This document shows positions 9,099-18,199 of a stretch of DNA of 64,000 nucleotides, piece by piece; positions within the stretch are counted from its first letter, which is position 1; every line of letters begins with the position of its first letter. The DNA lies in the NCBI GenBank assembly GCA_048882045.1, contig JBHLRZ010000003.1, positions 1 through 64,000 of the forward strand, read 5' to 3'. The notes under the pieces were generated by a model. That model had not been told where the DNA came from. It ran no database searches and saw only the letters and a list, made by a program, of their open reading frames with translations. The stretch is from Candidatus Thorarchaeota archaeon. GTDB taxonomy: Archaea > Asgardarchaeota > Thorarchaeia > Thorarchaeales > Thorarchaeaceae. A program made the position numbers and the translations under genes.

Positions 9099-10163
9099 CT
9101 ACTCCTCGGTGACATCTTCCGCTTCTTCTTCCGCCAAAGCCTCGAGTTCTTCTTCCTCGGGTTCAGGAATTTCATCCTTTGTTTCTACAGGTTCTGGTTC
9201 GTCTTCGGCTTCTGGTTTAGGTTCCTTGGTCTTCTTCCTACCTTTCTGTGACTTCTTTTTGTCATCAGTAACTTGACGTTGAGCCAGAATAAACTCGTCA
9301 AAGGTAAGTCGCTTTCCTGATTGAAGCTTCTCTACAGCCGCGTCAGTGCGTTCACGTTCTTGCGCTTTTTGCTGGTCACGCATTTCCTTCTGTTCGAAGT
9401 CACGCTTCTCAGAGGAGAACTTCCTTAGTTTACCTTGAATCTCTTCTATTTGTGTGCGGAGCTCTTTTAGCTTCGCTTCACCATCTTTTACTTTCTTAAG
9501 CCATTCAACGAAGTTCTTGTGAGCAGTATCTGCGGATTTTTTATACTCCTCAAGAGTCGGACGAATTCGGACAACCTCTTGGTGGTGTATCTGACTTTGT
9601 TCTGAGAGTTCGATTACCTTCTCATGAGCCTCGGAAGCTTCTTCCTTCAGTTTTCGAGCAAGGCGACGTAGTTCGCTTATTTTGTCCTGCTTCTCTTTTT
9701 CTTGCCCAATCTTTACGAGCTTTGCTTCAATCTTAGCAATCTCTTCGACAAGACTAAGCTCTTCATCTCTAGTAAGCTGATCTGTCTGCTGACGCCATTC
9801 GAGCTCTTCCACCCTTCGCATCATTCTGCGTTGATCTGTGGATGGACTTCCAACAAGGTTACTTCTTAGCTCTCGAATCTCGTCATAGAGGCTCTTGAGT
9901 TGTGCATGGATGGCTGTTCGCCTATCCTTTGCATCGGAGATTTCCTTGTTGATTCGGTCTCGCTCCTCACGTTCAGCCTTTACGGACTCAATGAGACCAC
10001 GTACTTCCTTGTTGTGATTGTCGCGAATAGTCTTGTATTCCCGCATCTGATCCCGATCACGCCTGAGTACCTCAAGTTCATCACGGGCTTGCGTCTTGAG
10101 TTCTCTGAGTTTTGCTCGGAGAAATTCAACATCTTCTGGTGGTGCTTCAGCAGCTTCTGTCAA
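9099..10163 (-). CDS. archaeal coiled-coil protein (COG1340-like)
   Basis: Long E/K/R heptad pattern, LEWRQQT, ADTAHKNF, KLQSGKRLTFDE; acidic tail. Confidence 0.75.
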   Translation of the reverse strand: MTEAAEAPPEDVEFLRAKLRELKTQARDELEVLRRDRDQMREYKTIRDNHNKEVRGLIESVKAEREERDRINKEISDAKDRRTAIHAQLKSLYDEIRELRSNLVGSPSTDQRRMMRRVEELEWRQQTDQLTRDEELSLVEEIAKIEAKLVKIGQEKEKQDKISELRRLARKLKEEASEAHEKVIELSEQSQIHHQEVVRIRPTLEEYKKSADTAHKNFVEWLKKVKDGEAKLKELRTQIEEIQGKLRKFSSEKRDFEQKEMRDQQKAQERERTDAAVEKLQSGKRLTFDEFILAQRQVTDDKKKSQKGRKKTKEPKPEAEDEPEPVETKDEIPEPEEEELEALAEEEAEDVTEE

Positions 10164-10256
10164 AGGTTCTAAACCTCAGAATTTCGTTTTGCTGGCCCTG
10201 CATCGCAGGACGGATTTCGTTCAACTATTGAACAAGAGGCCACGCCAAGTGCTCTC

Positions 10257-11168
10257 TTAAAAGGTTTCTGCTAAAGACTGTGCAATTCTGAGAGAGATAT
10301 TAAAATCAGTAACTTGTTGAAGTCCGTTCCATCCGGGAGTTGCATTGGTTTCGAGAACCCAGAGTTTTCCATCTTCATCAGGAATAATGTCCACGCCAAC
10401 AATGTCACCCTTGACGGACCTCGCAGCACGGACAGATAGATCAGACACGTCAATTGTGTTTCTATTCGGAATACCACCACTATGTATGTTGGTAGTGATC
10501 CCCTCACCACCAACTCTCTGCATTGTCGTAATGACCTCGCCATATAGAACAAGAGATCTTATGTCAAATCCTGGGCTCTTTACATACTCCTGAAGAAGAT
10601 ACGCGCCTTTTCCGAACATCTGACTATGGAATTTCAGATAGTCATGGATGTGTTCTAAATCAAACTCTCGTTCGATCAGTTGGACTCCTAACCCACCGAA
10701 TCCCGTAATAGGTTTGAGGACACATGGAAAGTGGTCCCTGACAAATGACGCGGCATCATCAATTGACTCAGTTATGAGTGTTTCAGGAACTGGGAGTCCT
10801 GCTGAAATCAGTCTTCTCATAGTTTCAGCCTTGTTTCTCATAAGCAGAATCGAAGAAACCGAATTGACAACTCTAACCCCCATTTCTGTAAGGGCAGAGA
10901 GTAGGCCCACTCTGTTGAAGAATGTTCCAATGTCATTTGCACCAATATCCAAGACGAAAAGTAGTTCGAGCTTTGAAAGGTCCACCTTATCTTGAATTAT
11001 TTCATGTTTGTCAGTCGTTCCCCATCGAGAAACCTTCCAAGGTATGACCTGTATCACATCAACACCAATTTCCCGAAATGCAGATTCGAGACCCTGTGCT
11101 CTCCGTGACCATGGATCAGAAGAGAAGAGTCCGACTTGAGGTGTGCTGTTTGGAACCACCTGAATCAC
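10257..11168 (-). CDS. RimK-family ATP-grasp amino-acid ligase (MptN/CofF/LysX-like)
   Basis: VVNS...RNKAET, VPETLIT, VLKPITGFGGLGV, LQEYV, DIRSLV, TNIHSGG, GVDII, LETNATPG. Confidence 0.9.
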   Translation of the reverse strand: MIQVVPNSTPQVGLFSSDPWSRRAQGLESAFREIGVDVIQVIPWKVSRWGTTDKHEIIQDKVDLSKLELLFVLDIGANDIGTFFNRVGLLSALTEMGVRVVNSVSSILLMRNKAETMRRLISAGLPVPETLITESIDDAASFVRDHFPCVLKPITGFGGLGVQLIEREFDLEHIHDYLKFHSQMFGKGAYLLQEYVKSPGFDIRSLVLYGEVITTMQRVGGEGITTNIHSGGIPNRNTIDVSDLSVRAARSVKGDIVGVDIIPDEDGKLWVLETNATPGWNGLQQVTDFNISLRIAQSLAETF

Positions 11169-11186
11169 TCATTCTAATACCACAAC

Positions 11187-11612
11187 ATGGAGCTTTTATG
11201 TCCTCTCACTTTCAGAGAAGGCATGCAACTATTCTCAGAAGAAGAAGTTGAAAGAATCAGGAAGACAGTTGATGGTAGAACAGGGAACTTCTTGATTGCA
11301 TTTCGGAACAAGCATGGTCCTACGCGATTGAAACAGCTATGGACAGAATTAATGGAGGATCTTGGTTATCCTGGAAAGTGTCTCAGTTGGTGGACGAGTG
11401 CAGGAACTATTGGATTGCTTGAATGTGAAACTGAGAATGGTATTTCGTTTTTTGGCCAATGGACACTTGATGACAATCACGAGCTACTCAATATCATGGA
11501 AATTGATGAGGAGGACCTCGTTGCCATAAGAGATGGTTTTGATGCTGGTTCAGTAACATCAGACGCTATGAGAGCTCTGCGAATCGGAGAATCTGGTGGC
11601 GCTAAGGAATAA
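11187..11612 (+). CDS. hypothetical protein
   Basis: 141-aa ORF filling the gap between divergent and convergent neighbours. Confidence 0.55.
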   Translation: MELLCPLTFREGMQLFSEEEVERIRKTVDGRTGNFLIAFRNKHGPTRLKQLWTELMEDLGYPGKCLSWWTSAGTIGLLECETENGISFFGQWTLDDNHELLNIMEIDEEDLVAIRDGFDAGSVTSDAMRALRIGESGGAKE

Positions 11613-11613
11613 T

Positions 11614-13446
11614 CTAATCGACTGTCAGAGTCTTGGACAGATTTCTCGGAAGGTCAGGATTGATACCAAGGTCTACTGAAAGGAAATAGCTAAGAAGCTG
11701 AAGAGGTATCACATCCAAGATTGGATTGAGCAAGACTGAAGATTCCGGCACGGTAAGGTAGTCGGTCATGTCGTCCACATATGGTGTAAGGGTCTCTTCT
11801 AGTTCACCTATTATGATTGTCCTTCCATGACGAGCTCGAACTTCGTTGATATGATTGATTACCATCCATGAGTCCTCTGTAGTCGTCACGAATATTACGG
11901 GGTACTTGTCAGTCACAATACTGAGAGGACCGTGTTTGAATTCTGAGGAATACATACCTTCACAATGATTGTAGCAGATCTCCTTTATCTTCAACGCTCC
12001 TTCTCGGGCGACTCCATCAGTGAAACCGTATCCTAGACAATAAAGATCCTTAACATCCATCATTGTTCTTGCGAGGTCTTTCGCGAGGATACCAGTACGG
12101 TCAATAGTAGTCTGCGTGAGTCTTGGTAGGTCGTTGCGAAGGCTGTCAATGAACTCTTTTGACTCAGTAGTGTCAAGATGTCCGTTCCTATCACCCAACT
12201 TAGCAGCTAGGTACGCAAAGATGATGCTCTGGGAGTAGTATGTTTTGGTTGCCGGAACACTCACCTCGTACCCACATGCCATTGGTATGTAGGAATCTGA
12301 TTGAAACATCAGTGTGCTACCAATAACGTTGAGTATCCCTAGCGTTTTCCCAAAATTACCTTCTTTGGTGAGATTCAACACGTTCAGAATGTCCTTGGTT
12401 TCACCGCTTTGAGAAACAAGGAAGGTGACACTATCGTCACCGAGGGTGTTGCCATACATGGACTCAAATTGGCCACCTAGAGCGTGGTAGATTGGCAATC
12501 CTGCAAGTCTATTGAAATAGTATGTACCAAGGATACTGGCGTTGTAGGACGACCCACAAGCCACAAGGTAGTGCTTTGAGGCGTCTTCAATAAGATCTAA
12601 CCATTCCTCATTCCGTCTACCTTCTAGGACACCAATGACATCCCTTGCAATGGTAGGTTGCTCATTGATCTCCTTCAACATGAAGTGGGGATATCCACCC
12701 TTCTCAGCGGCTTTTGAGTCCACATTGGAAATCTGTGGTTCTCGGGCGAGCTGTCTTCCATCCTCAATACTATAGACTTTGACCTCATCATGAGTCAGGA
12801 CTAACATCTCTCCATCAGCAAGATAGATGACATTGTTTGTCAGAGGAAGAACTGAAGGCAAATCACTACTGACAATTGTAGCACCATCGGCGACTCCTGC
12901 CACGAGTGACGAACCCATCTTAACAGCATAGATCTCACCCTCATCAGCGCGACCGACTGCAAACGCGAAAGCTCCCTTCAAATCCTGGGTGGAAAGTCGA
13001 ACAGCCTCGAACATATCACCAGTCTGTTCAAAGTACTTATCCACAGCGTGAACACAGAGCTCACCATCATTATCAGATCGCACTGTGTGACCGGTATCAA
13101 TCAGTTCCTGTTTGTATTCCACATAGTTGTGGATGTTGCCATTGTGTGCTCCATAGAACACTTTTTCACAACCAAAGTGGGGTTGAGCATTGACCTTGGT
13201 TGGAGCCCCATAGGTAGCCCATCGGAGCTGTGCGATTCCACGGTCTCCCTTCATACCGGAGAGACCAAGAAGCCGGTCGACCTCCTCAACAGTACCGACA
13301 TCTTTTCTGAGATCCACTATACCATTGTGGACAGCTGCAACACCTACTGAGTCATACCCTCTGTACGTGAGCTTGCTGCTGCATCTCACAAGAAGTTCGC
13401 CAATGTTGTCACCATCATAAGTAACTATACCAGTGATTCCGCACAT
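11614..13446 (-). CDS. glmS: glutamine--fructose-6-phosphate aminotransferase
   Basis: N-terminal MCGI nucleophile, YRGYDSVG, RWAT, HNG, SQSGET, EGALKIKEI, EFKHGP, PRNLSKTLTVD. Confidence 0.95.
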   Translation of the reverse strand: MCGITGIVTYDGDNIGELLVRCSSKLTYRGYDSVGVAAVHNGIVDLRKDVGTVEEVDRLLGLSGMKGDRGIAQLRWATYGAPTKVNAQPHFGCEKVFYGAHNGNIHNYVEYKQELIDTGHTVRSDNDGELCVHAVDKYFEQTGDMFEAVRLSTQDLKGAFAFAVGRADEGEIYAVKMGSSLVAGVADGATIVSSDLPSVLPLTNNVIYLADGEMLVLTHDEVKVYSIEDGRQLAREPQISNVDSKAAEKGGYPHFMLKEINEQPTIARDVIGVLEGRRNEEWLDLIEDASKHYLVACGSSYNASILGTYYFNRLAGLPIYHALGGQFESMYGNTLGDDSVTFLVSQSGETKDILNVLNLTKEGNFGKTLGILNVIGSTLMFQSDSYIPMACGYEVSVPATKTYYSQSIIFAYLAAKLGDRNGHLDTTESKEFIDSLRNDLPRLTQTTIDRTGILAKDLARTMMDVKDLYCLGYGFTDGVAREGALKIKEICYNHCEGMYSSEFKHGPLSIVTDKYPVIFVTTTEDSWMVINHINEVRARHGRTIIIGELEETLTPYVDDMTDYLTVPESSVLLNPILDVIPLQLLSYFLSVDLGINPDLPRNLSKTLTVD

Positions 13447-13606
13447 TGCTCCTTCTCCATGGGAACGGGGTCTTTCAGACTTGTTTGGTAATTAAGAGTT
13501 CCGTCGGAGGTACAACTGCACGAATATTGGAGCGAGTATTTTATGAGTCGAAGACCTTTTATCACCGATTTCAGATGACAACTGGAGAGATTGAGAGGAC
13601 ACCTAA

Positions 13607-14314
13607 ATGGGACGACAAAAGAGAATGGCATTGCTGCTTCACCCGTTCAGGCGTGAGCTCTATCAAGTTCTCTGCGAGAATCCGGGGACATATCTTCTGG
13701 AGCTTGTCGATATCCTATCTTCACCACTTGGTACTCTGACTTGGCACCTTCGTATTCTTGAACGAGAAGGTCTGGTAAAATCCCTCAAATTTGCTGGGAA
13801 ACGTCTCTACTATCCACGCATGCTTCGTTCTCAGGAAGCAGAAATGGCCTATCTGACAATGAGAAGTGACACTGCACAGAAGGTGTTTGCTTTTGTCGTG
13901 AACAACGCAGGTTGCTATCAGGAGCAAATGGCTGAGTCACTTGGAGTGCATCACGACACAGTTAGATGGCACATCTCCAGAATGGAGAAGGTTGGTCTTA
14001 TCAAGGTAGTTCGTGAAGGACGAAAGAAGCGACACTACCTCGATGACCTTGGAAATCTATTGTTGAAGGGTAGTCTCAATATCATCACGGAAGCATATGT
14101 GATGTTTTTGATGGAGAAACTTGAAGATGGTTGTTTGAATCCAGAAATTAGGGAATCTACACAAGACCGTGTGACTATTCGAATCGACTGCCCAGAGAGA
14201 GGTAAGGACTGCTTCATCACAATCAATCTTACTGACTGGGAATTTCAGTTCATTGACGATGATGGAACCGAAACGAATATTGAGCCACAACAGGCCGAAG
14301 CGGGTGGAAGCTAA
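13607..14314 (+). CDS. tandem winged-HTH transcriptional regulator (COG3398-like)
   Basis: Two repeats: RRELYQVLCENPG...TLTWHLRILEREGLV and VFAFVVNNAG...TVRWHISRMEKVGLI. Confidence 0.85.
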   Translation: MGRQKRMALLLHPFRRELYQVLCENPGTYLLELVDILSSPLGTLTWHLRILEREGLVKSLKFAGKRLYYPRMLRSQEAEMAYLTMRSDTAQKVFAFVVNNAGCYQEQMAESLGVHHDTVRWHISRMEKVGLIKVVREGRKKRHYLDDLGNLLLKGSLNIITEAYVMFLMEKLEDGCLNPEIRESTQDRVTIRIDCPERGKDCFITINLTDWEFQFIDDDGTETNIEPQQAEAGGS

Positions 14315-15063
14315 GCGGCTCCATCGAGTATTAATCGGATTTTCTGAGTAATATCATCAGGATTAGGACCAGGACATACTATTGCCATCAGACGGGAATC
14401 ATCAACTCTAGTAATCATTAGTCTGGTATCTGCAGTGTCAACGAAAATTGTGTTCGTGACTTCAGAATACGTCAGACCATTTGCAAAGAGTGAACTGACA
14501 AGAGCTGATACTTCCACTTCATCTTTGAAACCAACTGAACCTAGCGGCAAACCATCTAGTGTGAGTAGTACACCTTGGGTGACTTCAGGTATCTCCTCAA
14601 CAACTGTTCCAAGAATCGTTTGTTTGCCAAAAGCTGGGGTGGATCCCATTACCAGTTCCATTCGTGTAGCAAGAGACTGGAATAGGGGGATCAAAGGTTG
14701 TAGGTTAAGTCCAGCATCATCCGCTCGAGAGATGATGACAACTAGATGATAGTGAGGTTGCACAAGAGTCAGAATTCTTTCAATTGTAGTTGTGTGGATG
14801 ATGTGAGTGGGACCTGTTGCTTTGAGATGACTGAGCGCAGAGTTGCCACCCCAAACGAGTGCTGAAGAAACTGTGGCCACAATTCTGGGATCAATCTCAC
14901 CAGACCGAGCAATAGACGCAACTACTACTCCTTCTTTTGTGCAGAGAATGGCATTCTTCACAGATCTATGAACCTTGAGGGTTTCTTCAAGAAGAGTTGC
15001 AACCTCTCTAAGGGTCTCTCCAGGCATTGCTACCACCAGCGTAGTTATCAAATGACCAGTCAT
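14311..15063 (-). CDS. tandem roadblock/LC7-domain protein
   Basis: Two repeats: VKNAILCTKEGVVVAS...VATVSSAL and VTQGVLLTLDGLPLGS...VSALVSSL. Confidence 0.75.
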   Translation of the reverse strand: MTGHLITTLVVAMPGETLREVATLLEETLKVHRSVKNAILCTKEGVVVASIARSGEIDPRIVATVSSALVWGGNSALSHLKATGPTHIIHTTTIERILTLVQPHYHLVVIISRADDAGLNLQPLIPLFQSLATRMELVMGSTPAFGKQTILGTVVEEIPEVTQGVLLTLDGLPLGSVGFKDEVEVSALVSSLFANGLTYSEVTNTIFVDTADTRLMITRVDDSRLMAIVCPGPNPDDITQKIRLILDGAA

Positions 15064-15209
15064 TCGTCTGTATTTATAATTGGTGCTCCTCTTAGGAGGA
15101 GTTTTAGATTTCGGTTGAATAGCTGGTTAAACATGAGTAGATTCGCTGAGCAACAAGATTATATAGATGGTCCAAAGCAACGAGCCTAACGACCCCGGAG
15201 GCTTACATT

Positions 15210-16307
15210 TTGAGCTCAAGGACTGGCTTGATATCATCGGCAATCATTGTGATTATTGTGTTTTCTGCAGTTGGTGGGATTATCTTTATGACCAATCAAT
15301 ATGCACCTTCTAATATTGCAGTAGTCGTGCTGGAGCCCGGATTTGGGGACTACAGCATGGCAGACCAGGCATTTGAAGGTCTGTCAGAGGTTGATGTCAT
15401 ATTCAGTTACTCACTTGAGGTAGCTGAGGATGCTGCTGCTGCTCTAACCTATATGGAAGGAATTGCCGCGGCTGGACAACATGATCTCATCGTTGCAATA
15501 GGAGATGGTTTAGCAGACGCAGTTACAAGTGCTGCAAGTACCTATACAAACCAGAAATTCGCATTGATTGGGGGAGTCCCATCATTGGCATTGGACAACG
15601 TTGCATCAGCGACTTTTAGTCAAGAGCAAGCCGCATTCCTTGCAGGTTCGATTGCAGCCTTCATGTCTTCAACGAGAAGCCGAACTGTTGGAATACTTGG
15701 CTCTGTTGAAGGCGATCCTACTGTTGAAACTTTGATTGCAGGCTTTGTACATGGGTTCAATCATGCAAACTCAACATACAATCTCAATGTTGAACTATTA
15801 CCCATTAACTATGTGGGATCCTATAATGACTCATCCACAGCCGATTCGATGACATACCAAATGTTCAATCCATTACTGGGAAACGCTAGCGTTGTGTTCG
15901 CACCAGTAAGGGCGAGCATTCTTGGTGTTAGGAATGCAATGGAAAGAGCAAACGAATCCTGGTTCTGGGATATGACAAATCGTGAGCCCTTTGTTATAGC
16001 AGCTGAAGGCAACCAAGATTATTTGGGCAATCCAAATATTGAGATTAGAACTGGTCCATCTTGGATTGTCACTAGCGTTATTCCACGCACAGACATAGCA
16101 GTAAGCCGGTTTATCAATGCAACACTCTGGTTTGCATTTCCAGGTGGTGTGACAGACCCATATACTCTAGCTAATATTGGAGTAGACTTGTCAGAAATGG
16201 AATTCCGACGGTCAACCTGGGTTACTGATTATATGCTGAATGTGACTGCTGATTATCGAAATGCGATTGTCAACGGATCAATAATTGTAGATATCAGTCT
16301 ACCATAA
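15210..16307 (+). CDS. BMP/PnrA-family substrate-binding protein, N-terminally membrane anchored
   Basis: N-terminal TM; GFGDYSMADQAFEGL, DLIVAIG, KFALIG, NVASATFSQEQAAFLAG. Confidence 0.85.
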   Translation: MSSRTGLISSAIIVIIVFSAVGGIIFMTNQYAPSNIAVVVLEPGFGDYSMADQAFEGLSEVDVIFSYSLEVAEDAAAALTYMEGIAAAGQHDLIVAIGDGLADAVTSAASTYTNQKFALIGGVPSLALDNVASATFSQEQAAFLAGSIAAFMSSTRSRTVGILGSVEGDPTVETLIAGFVHGFNHANSTYNLNVELLPINYVGSYNDSSTADSMTYQMFNPLLGNASVVFAPVRASILGVRNAMERANESWFWDMTNREPFVIAAEGNQDYLGNPNIEIRTGPSWIVTSVIPRTDIAVSRFINATLWFAFPGGVTDPYTLANIGVDLSEMEFRRSTWVTDYMLNVTADYRNAIVNGSIIVDISLP

Positions 16308-16322
16308 ACCGAGTCGTTATCT

Positions 16323-16357
16323 TGGGAGCCTTATGCTCCCACTTTCTCTCTTTTTCT
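16323..16357 (+). terminator. hairpin plus pyrimidine/U tract after BMP gene
   Basis: TGGGAGC/GCTCCCA 7-bp stem followed by CTTTCTCTCTTTTT. Confidence 0.55.
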
Positions 16358-16382
16358 AAATTATGCTACGGAGGTCAACCTT

Positions 16383-17036
16383 ATGACAACAGCCAAAGAA
16401 ATCGTACATCTTGCTAGATATGGTGAGACACTAAAGCGAGTCATGAGATCAGGATGGTCACTTGCAGGTGTAAATCGTGCGAGGACAGAATCAGTTGCTG
16501 AACACTCCTATGGAACAGCACTCTTGTCACTCCTGATATCAAAGGAACTTTTGATGGAACGAGCTGACATAGATCTAGGGAAAGTGACCTCCATGGCTCT
16601 GTTTCATGACATTCCTGAGGCGTTGACATCAGACATACCTCAGACGGAGCTACAATTGGGAGGAGAGTTACTCTCGTCAGGCAAACTTGAAGCTGAGAAG
16701 GATGCCATCTCGGTCATTGCAGAAATATCAGAGGATCTCAAGCAATGGTTGGAAAGTTTGTGGACAGAGCAGAAGAGCCAACCTTCATTGGAGAGTAGAA
16801 TTGTATCGTGTGCAGATGTATTAGACATGCTAGTCCATGTTTTGACCCTAGAGGAGTCCGGAGTTTCTCCTGCAATACTTGATCAATTCTTCGTATCAAG
16901 TCATGACAAACTTGTTCAAAATCGAATCAAGATCGCTATCGAAATGTTTTGGGCGCTGTACAACGAACATAATGAAAATGCCAAGAGAATGGGAATGACA
17001 TTGAAGGAACTCAATCACACTCTAGAATCATCTTGA
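16383..17036 (+). CDS. HD-domain 5'-deoxynucleotidase (YfbR/HDDC2-like)
   Basis: LKRVMRSGW, ESVAEHSY, ALFHDIPEALTSDIP, ADVLD. Confidence 0.9.
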   Translation: MTTAKEIVHLARYGETLKRVMRSGWSLAGVNRARTESVAEHSYGTALLSLLISKELLMERADIDLGKVTSMALFHDIPEALTSDIPQTELQLGGELLSSGKLEAEKDAISVIAEISEDLKQWLESLWTEQKSQPSLESRIVSCADVLDMLVHVLTLEESGVSPAILDQFFVSSHDKLVQNRIKIAIEMFWALYNEHNENAKRMGMTLKELNHTLESS

Positions 17037-17639
17037 AGTGAGATCACGTTTTAACCCAGCTGCCAAAGAGCGGGCCACTCTGATTGGTTCAGGAACCCTT
17101 CCATCTAGGGTGAAGTGATCTACCAGTTTCTTTGCACGTGAAAGGCCGATCCCAGCCACATTCAAGAAGACTGAGTGTCCTGTCGAGAGCTTTACTTCTA
17201 TTCTCTCACCTGTTGATCTGAGAAGTTCCAAACGCTTCTCCCAGTCATCTGGAAAATACTCTACCAGATACTTTTCAATACCCTCTGAAGGATTGTATGA
17301 TACACTGATAACAGGTGTGTCTGTTTCAGTATGGAGAGTTTCAATATCGACGATATTAAACCAGGAAATAGCATGACCTCCCAACATCCAAGCACGGATG
17401 TCTTCGCGTTGGAGATTTTCATAGAGCGACAGCAGCTTCAGAGTTGCATCGAGTCCACCGACAGTTGGGAAACACACTCCGAAACCGTCTAGTCGTAAAT
17501 CACCTCGCATGATGACTCCAGCTAAAACACTCTCAGAATCGGTCTTCTCAAAACTCTCTGCGACTCCTAAGACTCTTACACCCTTCTTCCATCCCAGAGT
17601 AGAGTCACTAGTTGTTCCAGTTCCTAGTTTGTGAACCAA
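17028..17639 (-). CDS. DUF99 family (endonuclease V-like, COG1628) protein
   Basis: RVLGVAESF, VGGLDAT, ISWFNIVD, PVISV, GRVPEPIRVA. Confidence 0.85.
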   Translation of the reverse strand: MVHKLGTGTTSDSTLGWKKGVRVLGVAESFEKTDSESVLAGVIMRGDLRLDGFGVCFPTVGGLDATLKLLSLYENLQREDIRAWMLGGHAISWFNIVDIETLHTETDTPVISVSYNPSEGIEKYLVEYFPDDWEKRLELLRSTGERIEVKLSTGHSVFLNVAGIGLSRAKKLVDHFTLDGRVPEPIRVARSLAAGLKRDLTSR

Positions 17640-17803
17640 TCAGAAGACCATCCATTGAGATATTTCGATTCAAGTTGAGATAGTCAGTGTTGCCTATCAA
17701 TATGTTGCATTTGCGTTAAAACTCCAAAAAACTGAACCAGCAACTAAACTTTATTAATGCGCAAATCCAAGTCACCTCAGTTCAATTTGAGTGAGAGAAT
17801 GGA

Positions 17804-18199
17804 GTGGCTACTATAATGTTTGATCCTAGCTTCGAAGAATTACAGGTGAAGCTAAGGGGAATTATGGAGGAAGCAACAGCGCTCACTGCTGGCATCCGTG
17901 CATGGATGCTTCTTTCCAAGGAGGGTCTACCAATCGCATCTGCAGTACCTCAGGGTCTCGAGGAGGCAGAAATCGCAGCAATGGCTGCGTCAATCCTTGG
18001 TGTTGCTGACCTCGCCGCAGAAAGAATGGATCAAGGCACTTTAGAAGAGATACTCATGACAAATGAGAAAGGACTCATGATTATGAAGAGTGCTGGAGAA
18101 AAGGCTATACTTGTCTTGGCTGCAAGTAAGGGAATAAAGACCGGATTATTGGTTTATGCAGCAAACACTGCTGTTGAGAAGATTGCGCCCTTACTCTAG
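17804..18199 (+). CDS. roadblock/LC7-domain protein
   Basis: LLSKEGLPIASA...IAAMAASILGVA...GTLEEILMTNEKG...AILVL. Confidence 0.9.
   Translation: MATIMFDPSFEELQVKLRGIMEEATALTAGIRAWMLLSKEGLPIASAVPQGLEEAEIAAMAASILGVADLAAERMDQGTLEEILMTNEKGLMIMKSAGEKAILVLAASKGIKTGLLVYAANTAVEKIAPLL

Noticed and set aside
9099-10163. Coiled-coil protein as a novel cytoskeletal or SMC-like eukaryotic signature
   Set aside because: No ATPase motifs; it matches the widespread archaeal COG1340-type pattern.
10164-10256. Small hairpins (CCTGC/GCAGG, GTTCAA/TTGAAC) upstream of the coiled-coil gene as a riboswitch
   Set aside because: The stems are short, match no consensus I know, and could arise by chance or act as the RimK gene terminator.
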